This document shows, piece after piece, positions 7,569 through 19,100 of a stretch of DNA of 39,670 nucleotides (its first letter is position 1; each line of letters starts with the position of its first letter). Location: the NCBI GenBank assembly GCA_009885205.1, contig VFLE01000046.1, forward strand, positions 1 to 39,670, written 5' to 3'. The notes beneath the pieces were generated by a model. That model was given only the letters and a program-made list of their open reading frames with translations, ran no database searches and was not told the DNA's origin. Source of the stretch: Candidatus Shapirobacteria bacterium. GTDB lineage: Bacteria > Patescibacteriota > Microgenomatia > UBA12405. Made by a program: the position numbers and the translations under genes.

Positions 7569-8026
7569 TGAAAAGGATAAGTAGAAAAAAAGGACCAGTT
7601 GTTTCGAAGAAGGTGATATATGATGGTATCACCTTCGCTTCTGGTTTAGAAAAGTATATGTACAAAGCTTTAAAGGAAGCAGGTATATATACAGAATATG
7701 AAAAACATACTTACGAGTTGTTACCTTCTTTTAATTTTAATAATGAGTGCATAGAAAGACAATCTAATGGTAAAGGTGATTTTATAAATAGAGGAAATAA
7801 AAAAGTATTAAATTTAAAATACACTCCTGATTTTGTAGGTCATGAATTTATAATAGAAACTAAAGGTAGAGCTAATGATTCTTTTCCTTTACGTTGGAAG
7901 ATGTTTAAATACTATATGTCATTAATTGGTGACAAAAGAATGTTATACAAACCTCAATCGCAGAAAGACTGTGATGAGACAATTAGATTAATACTAAAAC
8001 AAAGACAAGATGACATTAAACAATGA
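7568..8026 (+). CDS. DUF1064-type PD-(D/E)XK endonuclease (possible junction resolvase)
   Basis: YDGITFASGLEKYMYKALKEAGI ... YTPDFVGHEFIIETKG ... KMFKYY follows the DUF1064 pattern (DGI-F-S--E---Y--L ... Y-aDF ... vE-KG). Confidence 0.6.
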   Translation: MKRISRKKGPVVSKKVIYDGITFASGLEKYMYKALKEAGIYTEYEKHTYELLPSFNFNNECIERQSNGKGDFINRGNKKVLNLKYTPDFVGHEFIIETKGRANDSFPLRWKMFKYYMSLIGDKRMLYKPQSQKDCDETIRLILKQRQDDIKQ

Positions 8027-8162
8027 TGAAAAAGGTTGGGAATTAGCTATTGGTACGTATCCAGGTATTTTATTTGGAATTAGAACCTATCAAGAAGAAA
8101 CATTTGATACTCATGTATTGTATTTACCATTCGTAAACGTAATATTTACTATAGACAAATGA
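8010..8162 (+). CDS. possible small ORF (50 aa), not in ORF track
   Basis: Read by hand as MTLNNDEKGWELAIGTYPGILFGIRTYQEETFDTHVLYLPFVNVIFTIDK. It fills the 8027-8158 gap, and its stop overlaps the next ATG (ATGA at 8159-8162). Confidence 0.35.
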   Translation: MTLNNDEKGWELAIGTYPGILFGIRTYQEETFDTHVLYLPFVNVIFTIDK

Positions 8163-8725
8163 TATATGTAGAAGATGATTTCTTAGATATTAATCTAATT
8201 AATGAATTAAATAATGATGAAAGTGATTTCCAGGAAGTAAAAGCTCCTGGAAAATTTTTTTGGGTAAAAATACCTTCTAATGATTTTGTAGAATTAGTTT
8301 GTAATAAGATTTCTAAAATAGAAAATGCAACTATAAAACCAATATTAGGTTTCTTTAGAGAAGCTAAAGAAGGTCAAGACAATGATTGGAGAATACATAA
8401 CGACTCTATAATAGAAGGTCAACAACCTGACAGAGCTATAGTATTGTATATTTCAGAAAATAATTATTGTGATTTAAACGGCACAGCTTTTTGGGAACAT
8501 TGGAAACATGGAGAAACATTTGAAGATATTGAACCTGAAGAATATAATAGACTATTAATAGAAGATTCTAATGATAGAGATAAATGGATATTAAAGTCTG
8601 TAGTAGGACATAAACAAAACAGAGTAGTATCTTATCCATGTAATTACTTTCATAGTAAATATCCTAATGAATTTCTAAATAGTAGAAAAGTATTTGTAAT
8701 GTTTTATAAAGTAGAGAAAATATGA
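8159..8725 (+). CDS. 2OG-Fe(II) oxygenase-like protein (tentative)
   Basis: H-x-D in WRIHNDS, then PDRAIVLYISEN...LNGTAFWEH, a distal His in CNYFHSKYP and Arg in NSRKVFVMFY. This is the double-stranded beta-helix dioxygenase layout. Confidence 0.5.
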   Translation: MIYVEDDFLDINLINELNNDESDFQEVKAPGKFFWVKIPSNDFVELVCNKISKIENATIKPILGFFREAKEGQDNDWRIHNDSIIEGQQPDRAIVLYISENNYCDLNGTAFWEHWKHGETFEDIEPEEYNRLLIEDSNDRDKWILKSVVGHKQNRVVSYPCNYFHSKYPNEFLNSRKVFVMFYKVEKI

Positions 8726-9402
8726 GAATATGGCATATAAGTGATACGCATAGTTATCACAATTTACTAGATGTACCTAAAGATATAGATATGGTAATAC
8801 ATTCTGGCGATTGTAGTAATCCTAGAGATCCGTATAATAATGAACCTGAGGTTAGGGAATTTATTCATTGGTATAAGTCTTTACCTATTAAGTATAAAAT
8901 ATACGTAGCTGGTAATCATGACTCTAGTATTGAAAAGAAATTAGTTACTAAAAAAGATTTTGAAGACTATAATATTATATATCTTGAAGATGATTTTATA
9001 CATATAGACAAATGGAAAATTCACGGTAGTCCAATGACACCTAGTTTTTCTAATTGGTCGTTCATGAAGAGTAGAGATAAACTAGATAAGCACTGGACGC
9101 GAAGTATAGATGATGATGTTGATATATTAATCACACACGGTCCACCTAAAGGCATATTAGATGTTTCTGAAGATAGGAATCATAATTTGGAAAACTGTGG
9201 ATGTAATGCTCTTAAAAGACATGTTATAACTAGAATAAAACCTAAGTTAATGTTATTTGGTCACATACATAATAATAAAGAAATTATAAATGCTGGAACA
9301 ATGAAGTTATCTATATGTGATACCATATTTAGTAATGGCTCTGTAGTAACAGATGGAAGGTTTGGAAAATTAAGTAGTAATGGTAATATAATAAATTTAT
9401 GA
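8722..9402 (+). CDS. calcineurin-like metallophosphoesterase
   Basis: Motifs in order: WHISDTHSYH, HSGDCSN, VAGNHD, ITHGPP, FGHIHN. Confidence 0.85.
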   Translation: MRIWHISDTHSYHNLLDVPKDIDMVIHSGDCSNPRDPYNNEPEVREFIHWYKSLPIKYKIYVAGNHDSSIEKKLVTKKDFEDYNIIYLEDDFIHIDKWKIHGSPMTPSFSNWSFMKSRDKLDKHWTRSIDDDVDILITHGPPKGILDVSEDRNHNLENCGCNALKRHVITRIKPKLMLFGHIHNNKEIINAGTMKLSICDTIFSNGSVVTDGRFGKLSSNGNIINL

Positions 9403-9617
9403 AAGAAAAAATAGAAAAATATAATAGAAAAGCAATATTTTCTACATTAAAAGATTATGAATTTACATGTAAAGAACATAGTTATATAGAAGTAACTGAA
9501 TGGAATAATGGCGAAGGATTTGATGTAAATGTTTGTAATTATACAGATAAAACAATAGCACTTACTCACGGAGAGTTTAAATTAATTAAAAAACTTATTA
9601 AAAAATTAGAAGAATGA
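9399..9617 (+). CDS. hypothetical protein (72 aa)
   Basis: ORF track, with ATGA overlaps to both neighbours. Confidence 0.5.
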   Translation: MKEKIEKYNRKAIFSTLKDYEFTCKEHSYIEVTEWNNGEGFDVNVCNYTDKTIALTHGEFKLIKKLIKKLEE

Positions 9618-9814
9618 GCGATTTTGTAGAAAGAATGCACGAAGAATTAAAACAATTAAAAGAAAAAAAGGATAAGTTAAACGACTTTATTGATAATAAT
9701 TTAAAATTCAAAGAATTAAGTAATATTCAAAGAATTTTATTAATAAATCAATTTAATGCGATGGACTTGTATTACTTTGCTTTAGAATCAAGAATAGAAT
9801 ATATCAACGATTAA
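9614..9814 (+). CDS. hypothetical protein (66 aa)
   Basis: ORF track, with an ATGA overlap upstream. The sequence looks coiled-coil-like. Confidence 0.5.
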   Translation: MSDFVERMHEELKQLKEKKDKLNDFIDNNLKFKELSNIQRILLINQFNAMDLYYFALESRIEYIND

Positions 9815-9823
9815 ATAAAAAAT

Positions 9824-10045
9824 ATGAAAGAACAAAGTTTAGTTGAAATGAAAAATAAAGTTGAAGCACTTATTAGAGTGCTTCAAAATGTTATGGATGA
9901 ACAACAGCATTTAACTGTATTAGCAGCTGGAACATTAGAAACAATTAAATTAATGCCTGGTTATGACGATGCTATTAAAGCAATGACTGAAAAAGCTAGT
10001 AAGGAATTAGAAGAAAGTAAACCAAAACCGGTTTTAAATACTTAA
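9824..10045 (+). CDS. hypothetical protein (73 aa), last gene of the + block
   Basis: ORF track. A strong hairpin terminator follows it. Confidence 0.5.
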   Translation: MKEQSLVEMKNKVEALIRVLQNVMDEQQHLTVLAAGTLETIKLMPGYDDAIKAMTEKASKELEESKPKPVLNT

Positions 10046-10069
10046 AAGTGCTATACACACTAAATAAAG

Positions 10070-10101
10070 AAAGGGGATTCACTTAATTGTGATCCCCTTT
10101 T
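10070..10101. terminator. bidirectional intrinsic terminator between convergent blocks
   Basis: The stem aaaggggat(t)cac / gtgatcccctttt has a 6-nt loop ttaatt and one bulged T. T-runs follow it on both strands (ccccttttatt on +, cccctttctttattt on -). Confidence 0.75.
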
Positions 10102-10147
10102 ATTATATAGAAACTTTGAGTATGTTGCTCATTTTATATTGTTTCTA

Positions 10148-13100
10148 TTACTTTAAACCTGGTGATTTTAAACCACCACCTGAAAGACCTGGAGATTTTA
10201 AACTACTACCTCTAGTCGCAGATCCTGAATCTTCTTCTTTATCTTTTATACCTAAATTCTGCTTACTATATCCAAAAATCATAGCTATTCTCTGCCAATC
10301 TTCATTTTGAGAATCAAGTGCACCAGCTATATTTTGTATTTTTTGATAAATTCTATCTACAGGTATGTTTGTACTTACTGATATAAAAGAAGAAGAAGCT
10401 TCTACTATAGATTTAGTAGGTATAACTTTATCTCCTTCTGGATTGAATTCTTTATTATATTCTAATGCTTTTATACCTTTAAGAATCTGTCTAAACTTAA
10501 TACCAACCATTGGTGATATATTAAGTAATTCAAGAACTGGTGCATAAACTCCTTCTGGTGTTCCAGTAGTATCGTACCATTTTATTAATGCATTTTTAAC
10601 AACTGAAAGAGCAACGTAGTTCATGCCCATACCTTTTAGAATATTGTCAGCAATTCCATTTACCGTTCTAGTAATTCTTTGTTTACTATCTTTTTCTTTC
10701 TTTTCTTCATCATCGTCATCATCACCCCACATTATAGCAAATACTAAGTTTTGTAAAGCATTAAACATAATATTCTGCAAAGCGCCGTAATACACGATTT
10801 TACCTACATTGTTAGCAAGACTTCCCCTGCCTTTAACAATATCTATTGCAGCTTTTTTCATAATTCTGGAATACTGAAAAGGTGTATTCATAAATGATAA
10901 AAGAATTCTACCTGTTGTACTTGCTTGATTAGCAGATATTTTAGATACGTCAGCAGATTGTTGGGATTTTTCAGATGTTTGATAGAAATCACTCATCGTC
11001 TTTTTCTCAGCTTGTTCGTCTGTATAACCTTGTTTTTTATATGTGTTTAATCTATTTCTATAAAAACTAGAACCACCAAAAGCAATAGCAACAGCATCGA
11101 ATACTCTAGTAGCTATAAAACCGTTTGTTGAAATCCAATTTACAATACGTCTATATTTATTAATAGAATCATCTCCTTTTTGACTATCCATTAACTGAGC
11201 TATTTCAGACTCAGCAACATCATTCATAAGACCTGATCTTCTGTCTTTTAGATAAGGAGAATTCCAAAGATACTTTACATCTTGCCAGAATTGTTTTTGA
11301 TTAGCAAAAGCTAGTGCAACTTGTGCAATATTATTGTCAGATGTGTTGATAAAATTGACAGCACTTAAAAGTTGTAATACTGCAGATCTAGTATTAAGGA
11401 ACATTACATTTGCTGTAGATTTATTTAACCAGTTTAATAACTTACTGTTAGCACCTGGGTTTCTATTAGTACCACTTTTTAATCTACCTAGCATGTTTTT
11501 CAATGCTTTTACATATTCACCTCCATATACTGCTTCAATTTTGCTTAAGTTTTCTTTAGAGAAAATCTTATCAGCTCTATTCTGCCAGTCTTGTAGATAC
11601 TTAGCTCTATTCACCTTAGATATTATATCATTCATGTCACCTAAGATACTACCAAAACTCCAATTGCTTTCTGGTTCAACATATCCATTAGCTTGTTTAG
11701 AAAGTAAACTAACAGAATTAGCAAAATCTTTTAATTTAGGATTTGTCCTAACAATATCTGTTAAATTAAATTTATCTTTATTATTTATACCAGGTATTTT
11801 ATATCTTGCTTTATCCCATAAATAAACCCTAACAGCTTGATCGTATGTGTAACCTTCATAGCTAGTTTGTTGTGATAATAGTTTTATTATACCTTTATGT
11901 TGTTTAGTTATAACGTCTTTCCAATCACCATACATTTTCTGTCTAGCAACCATAAGTGTTGTCATAGCTTCACTATACGGTTTAATTAAGTTTTCGTTAA
12001 AGAATTCAAGTTGTGCTTCTCCCATTGCACCTTTTCCAGATGCCAATTTATACAACAAACCTTCAAAATCTTCATCACCTGGAGGAAGATATGCAAAATC
12101 TAATTTCTTTCCTTTACCAATGTTCTTTGCTGTTTCTTCTGAGAAAATTTCAGCCTTTGGAATCCCTTTGTTCTCTTCTATGATTTCATTCATAGTAAGT
12201 TCTAAATTAGAATTTCTAAAAGCTATTTGTTTTATCTTTTTAGAATTAGCATCTAAAGCGTCTAAGACTTGTTTCGTTAATGGACCATCAGCATTTTTCT
12301 TAACATGAAAATCAAAACTATTATAACCCTCAGCCATTTTATTTATTATAAAAGTAGCTATTGCTTTATCTGTAGATGTAGACATTCTAGGAACCTTAAA
12401 AGGAACTGTGTCTGCTTGAAACAAATCAGACATTTCTTGTCTAACCTTTTTTATTTCAATAGGATCAGTCTGCTTTTTTAATTTAGCAGTTAACTTATCC
12501 ATTTCTGTGTTTTTTGCAAGTTTTGATAATTTACCATTCATTATTGCTTTATCTATGTCTCTAGCAATAACAGATTGTTGTGTCAGATTTAAACCACTTA
12601 ACAAAGGACTTATTACCGCGTTAGCAGTCTCTGCTAAACTATATTTAATAGCAGAATCATTTTCTTTGTTTGATTTTATAACTGTTGTTTTATAGTAATA
12701 TCCACCACCAGCAGCTTCATTGTCTTCATCAAATATACCTACTCTTACTGATATTTCATTAGAACTAGAACCTATACTACTTTTTAATATACTTTCTTTT
12801 AATTCATCGGTTAATTGTTCTTTTATATTTATTTTTAGTTCATCTATAACTGCATCAACTACATTATTATCAGAAAATTGATACATGTTAATAAAATCTA
12901 TCGCTTTATCTTTTTTAGTAATATAACTATCCGTAAGATCGAGATGTAAAATACCAATACTTTCACCTCCAAACAACTCAACTTCTTTAGGTATTGAATT
13001 ATTGTGTTCTCCAATAAGCAATCTTAAATCATTTATTTTTTTTGGTAAATATATCATACTTGCTAAACCATAAAGATAAATTTGTTGGGTGTTAATAGCA

Positions 13101-16100
13101 CTTGAAATGTCTATCATAGATTTTTCTTGATCATCAAAAGTAGTTACTAAACTTAATATACCATTATGAAAATTTATAGGGTCCATAGATAACCAAAAAG
13201 TATCAAACTCATCTATATCTGAATTACGATCTATACTTGCATCAATGCTTAAATCATAGTAAATATGATCTGAAAGAGTAAGAAAAGCACGACCCTCCAT
13301 CATTTTACCTTGTATATCTAATTTATTTCCTTTCGTTAGATTAGGAGCGTCAAAACCGTATGCATTTACAAATGCAACAAAATCTATTTTTATTAAATTA
13401 GGCATGTCATAAGAACCTAATTTTCCATCTTGAAAACCTATTGTTATATATTCTTCGTCCATGTCTAATTTAAACTCGTCTTGACTTATTTCTTCTTGTT
13501 CTTTTAATATATCTAATTCGTCCTCTCTATTTATAAAAATTTGAAAATTAGAATCTATAATTTCTCTAATATTTCTTATAGGTTCAAGTAAATCTAACTT
13601 TCTTAATTCTCTTTTAATATTTCTTATTTTTTCTTCTAATTCTTGTCTTGAATCTACTTCTAATTCAAATCTAAATAAATTACCTCTATTTAAAGAAGAA
13701 ACATTTTTAATTAATTTAGTGTTTTTTTCTTTACTGTTATTTTTAAAGTCTACTTCATTTTCATCAGTTAATAATGAATATGCTAAATCCATAGAATCTA
13801 TATAATCCTGTTTTTCTTTGACATTTGAAAGTTTAAAAACTTCTGATATTAAAGGTATTTCTTCTGCTTTAAAACTTTGTCCTGCTTCTACACCAACAAC
13901 TTCTCCAACACCAGAATTAAGTCTGTCTTCAAATCTAACTGCTATTGATGGTTTGTAATCATTATCTGATGCTATAAAAAAGTCTCCATTTGTTAAATGT
14001 GTAGTAGCATAACCCAAAGATCTTTGACCAGTACACCATAAAGCATTTGAATTTATATTTCTAGAAGCTAGAGAGTTTAATGATAAGATATTTTCTTCTT
14101 TATCACTTTTATCAAACTTAAATATTTTTTTATTATCAGAGTCTGAAACTTTTCTATTGTTTTCCCAATCAGAAATATATTTTTCATTTTTTTGCATGTT
14201 TAAAAAACCGTAAATAAATGCAGGATTTTTTAATTCAGTATGACTGTAATTCTCAAATACTTTTTTTATTAATTCTTCATCATTATAAGAATCTATAGGT
14301 GTCAAAGTTGTGTTATATTGAGATCTTTTAAACGGTTTTCTTTCAACTACTTGATTTATAGGATTAGAAATATATCTATTAGATAATGCATCATTTAAAA
14401 ACAAATATGCAAAGAAAGGATTTAATTTTAAACCATTAGGTTTTTCATATTTTACAGTGGCATCTTCATTCCATTCTTCTGCACCTGGTTTAATATTATT
14501 AATGTAACCTCCATTATGCCATGCGGCAGTTGGTATTTTTTCAAAATTTTCACCTTCTTCATCTATAAAATTAATTTTAAAATCACCTCTGTACCAAACA
14601 CTTTCTAATAATAACTGAATAGATTCATATTGTAATTCTTGTTTTTTGAAAATATCTTCTTCTCTATAAGTATCATTATTTTTTAAAGCTGTAAAATGAT
14701 CTATATAATTTTGATCGCCTTCATTTATAGCTTTCTCAAGCATTCTATCTATGTAATCTTCTGTATAATCTTTAATCAAAAAAGGATTAATAGCACCATT
14801 GGTATTTCCTATTGGTATATTCATTGAATCTATTAATTCTATTATTCTTCTAACAACTTCCTTTTCAACTTCTTCATAATTTTTAAGAGTATGAAGTTTT
14901 AAACTTCCTGGGGTTGTATCTACAGTATCAGAGTATTGCAATACTTTTACATAATAGTTTTTATTAGAAGTAAAATAATTATCTATAATAATTGTATTTG
15001 AATCACTAAGTTTATCAGTTGGTCTTTTTACTATATCTTTGTAATTGTTTTCGTATTTTTTATTATAACCTTTATAAACGGCAACACCTGAAATTAAGTC
15101 AGATTCTTGATCTAATACTTCAGATAAACTAAATTTAATTGTATCACTAATAACTGGCATAGAATCTACACCATAATAAACATTATTCGCTATTCCTTCT
15201 GATAAAGCTTTTTGAGTTTTTAATAGTTGAGTTTTATTCAATAATTTATATTGACCTTGTCTTTTTTCTTCTTCTAAACTGAATTTAACTGAACTACTTT
15301 TACCTTTAGCCAAATCATTAAGAACTTGTGTTCTAATAACATCATCTTTAAGACTGTTGTATAGGTTAGGTTTCTCTTGACCTATTTGCTCTATAAAATC
15401 AGGATTACGTAGTAATCTTCTCGCTTCTTGAAGAACCATTACGTCTCCAAACAACTCTCTTAATGCTGTTCTTCTATCGAACCAAGCATTAGTTGTTAGT
15501 TTTTCGTAATCTAAGAATTTTGAAATTTCTTCTTCAGGATTAACTGAATTGTATTTTCTTATTATTTTCTTTGCATCTTCTTCAGAGTAAAATGATTGAA
15601 GGAAAACTGCTCTATTAATATCTGCAACTTTTTGAAATTCTCCTTTTTCATTTCTTTCTTTTAAATACGGAGGTATTTTTTTAGAAGCATAACTAGATTG
15701 ACCTGTAACTTCATCTACTGGATTATTTATTACATCATATACTAATTTCCAATTATTATACATGAGTGATTCAAGTCCTTCGCCTGTTTCAAATGTGATT
15801 CTTTTCATCATCACCATAGATCTATCTGCTAGTAACTTTTTAAAGTTTCTAAATTCTAGTGTTTCTACATTTGGAGATCTTAATATTTCATCTGCAACTT
15901 GTCTAGCAACAATCCTAGCTGGTGATTCTTTTTTGATTATAGCTTTAAATACATACTCAACATTTCCAGTAGTTAAATTAAATGCTTTTGTAGGTTTTAA
16001 AGACTTGAGTTCTTGTTTCTCTTCAGGAGTTAAAGGTTCTTCTTTATTTTGTAAATCTAAACCTCTCTGTAAGTCTCTTAGATCTTTTTTTAATTCTTCT

Positions 16101-19100
16101 ATTCTAACTGAATCTGTTTCTGTTTTTAATTGTTTATTAACTTCTATACCTTTATCTTTAGCAGAAATTACATAGTCACCACGCTCAGGAACTGTATCTA
16201 TAATAACTTCATCTCCTTTTTCATCAACAAATCTAAATACAGGATCTTTTAATATATTGGCTAACTTTTCTTGTTCTTCATTAAAATCTTCAGTAGCTTC
16301 CATTACATCAACACTATCTCCTAATAAATAATCAAGTTCTTCACCAATGTCTGTAGTGCCTCTTCCTTCTACGAAATCTTCTCCGTCAAAGTCTAAATCA
16401 AATTTTTCATCTACTATACCTGCTCTTTTAAGAGCATTTCTCATCTTATTTAAAACCTGAGAGTTTATCCAACCATTTAAACTGTTGTTCTCTTTAACGA
16501 TGCCTTTTTTACCTTTGTAACCTTCTGCATCTTTAGCGTCTAATATTTCTTTAAACTCTTTAGAGTTTGGATCAAAACCTTTAGAAATTAAATCTTGTTT
16601 ATATTCTTCTCTTAATTCTAGAAACTCTTTATTAAAATTTCGTATATGAGGTAATAGTTCAGCTTGTGTTTCACGTACAAAATCCTCTTCACGGTCTTTT
16701 CTGTCTTTTTTAAAACCAGGTAAACTAAAAAATTTTTCTGACTTAGCTTTACCCCTTATTAAATATTCATACTCCTCAACTATATCCCACAGTAAAGGAT
16801 CTCTTTGACTGTTCATCTTTTGTGTAAATGTTTCTTTATTATAAGCATTGTCAACATCTCTCTTTATATCATCTGATGATTTTTTCTCTCCTGATCTTCT
16901 ATCACCACCTAAAGACGGTTTTACTTCACTACTACCAGAGCCTTGAGATACTACAATATTCTCACCAGTTTCTAATCTCAATGCTTCTTTGTCTATAAAT
17001 GCTTTTGATTGACCCAACGTTCTCATTGCACCTATACCAGGAATACCAAAATTACCAGTTGTAACACTTTTATTATAATCTTTTAGAAAATTGTATACAT
17101 CTCTACCGGATTTAAACTCTACTTTTCTAAGTCCTAAGTTCTGTAAGACTTGTCTGACTGTGTCTTTTAAACCAGTAAATACATTTTCATTGAACTGAAC
17201 AGAACCGTTACTAATAGCATCAGAATACAACGTTAAAACCTCTTCCCATGAATTACCCATGAGTTCACTTACTTTTTCGTCATATTGTCTTTTGTACTTT
17301 GGATCTTTTTGTAATTTTAAATCTTCGGCAGCAATTTTATCCATGTAAAAATTAGAATACTTATTGATTCTATCTCTAAATGCTTGCGGAAGAACTGTGT
17401 TCTCATCAGATACAGTCTTACTTATTTTTATTATTTCTTTATGTAATGCTTTACCTAATAGAATTTGAGATTCTGGACTATTTTTTAAAGTTTCATATAT
17501 TAAACCATGTAAAAACTCATGTTGTGCAACATCAGTAGTTCCACCTTTAATAGAAACATCTTCGTTTACAAATATAACTTTCTTACCTTTTACTATTTTA
17601 CTTGTATCTTTACCAGATTGATTCGCATATTTTGTAAGTAATACATCGTCAAGAAAGAATCCTCCTCTTTTAGAATTAGTATCAGCTTCATCTTCTGGCA
17701 TACCAACTACATCTATTAGATATTGTTTTATTTCAGCACTAGAACCAAAAGTCTGCATTTCTATATCTTTTATTACTTTCTTATCTATAGCTGCTTTAAT
17801 TAACTTATTTTTAGTCTCTAAATCATCTGCATAGTATAAATCATCAGCAATTTTTTCCTCTTTCTTTATCTTCTCATCTATCGATGGATGAAAAGCTTTG
17901 TCTAAAGATTCTTTCTCGTCTTTTAATTTTTGTATTTTATCTAAAGATCTTAAGATAGGCATAGCGGCTTTTGCGGACACACTTTTAGGCATCTTATTGG
18001 CATTGTTAGAATATATATCTACATCTGCTTTTAAGTTGTCTACTTCTTCTTTAGTGAAAACTTCTTTTTTGTAAAGATTATCTACTACTTGGTTGAATTC
18101 ATCTTTATTCTTAGATAAAGTACTCAAAGCTCTTAACTTATCAAGGTCTTCATTCTTTGCCTTAAAATTAGGAATTTTAGCTTTAGCCATTAATCCAGAT
18201 GATATAAATGAAATCATAGAGGTGTTCATGAAATCATCACCAGATATAGTTTCGTTCATTATCTTCCTACCAGCGTCTTTATTTGTAAGGGCATTTACAC
18301 CCATTGTTTCACCAGCTTGTTGTATATTTTCTTGAACAACTTCTTTTAATCCATCTTCAACAAATCCTGTAAGTTCTTTAGGTGCATTTTTTATTGCTGA
18401 ATTAAGATAATTAACAAATCCAGTCTTACCTTGTTTTTTAAATGTTTCTACAGCTTGTTTAACTGTATTTTTTAAAAATAATTTATTAGCGAGATTTGTT
18501 TGTGGATTTATTGGAGTAGTTATGGCATATAATATACCCATTCTTTCAGCCGCTACACCTGCTAATTCGTATGCTTCATCGTCATCAACACCAGACGCTT
18601 TAAGTTCTCTAAAAGTATCCTCTAACCCAGATGAATACCCCATACCACCTTGAGCAATCATAGTATAACCAAGATCTCTTTTAATAGGTAGTTTTTTCAT
18701 CATCTTAGATGAATAATTCATAAGTCCAAGAGAAGAACTAGGCAAAGGTCTAGGACCAAGTGCCATGGTTGCTTTACCAGCCATTGCTGCTCTACCAGCA
18801 CTTGCTACATAACCTAGATTTCCAACTGCTCCTGCTATAACTGATTGAAGTACCATGTCGGCAATAACACCTGTTGTAGTAACAGCAGCTCCTTGCGTAC
18901 TAAATATATAATCAGATTGTCCAGTCTTTGATTTACTTACTATCTCATCATATTGATTTTTATCTAATAAATCTGTTACTACTATATCATCATCAGCATC
19001 ATAAACATTTTCTTTTGCATCTACTAAGTAATTAGTACCATTAGATTTAGCAGTTTTTCCAGAAACATAACCAACGCCTCTAGTATTTGGTTTTAATAAC

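Noticed and set aside
10148-10215. A direct repeat cctggNgattttaaac (x2) at the 3' end of the giant gene as a regulatory repeat
   Set aside because: It is explained by the duplicated C-terminal peptide LKSPGL within the coding sequence.
16379-16393. DFDGE (aa 1315-1319, context KFDLDFDGEDFVEGRG) in the giant protein, resembling the DFDGD/DxDGD metal-binding loop of double-psi-beta-barrel RNA polymerases. DADDD near aa ~450 is a similar case.
   Set aside because: The third acidic residue is Glu. The motif sits in an acidic, probably disordered linker without the preceding hydrophobic beta-strand context, and I could not find companion DPBB or T7-like polymerase motifs. Profile or structure searches are needed before any RNAP claim.
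16420-16800. Loose resemblance of a giant-protein segment (EEYEYLIRGK...EDFVRETQAELLPHIRNF ... NSLNGWINSQVLNKMRNALKR) to sigma-70 region 2
   Set aside because: The spacing between the sub-motifs is about 40 aa too long, and the similarity is only a pattern impression. It is too weak to report as a feature.
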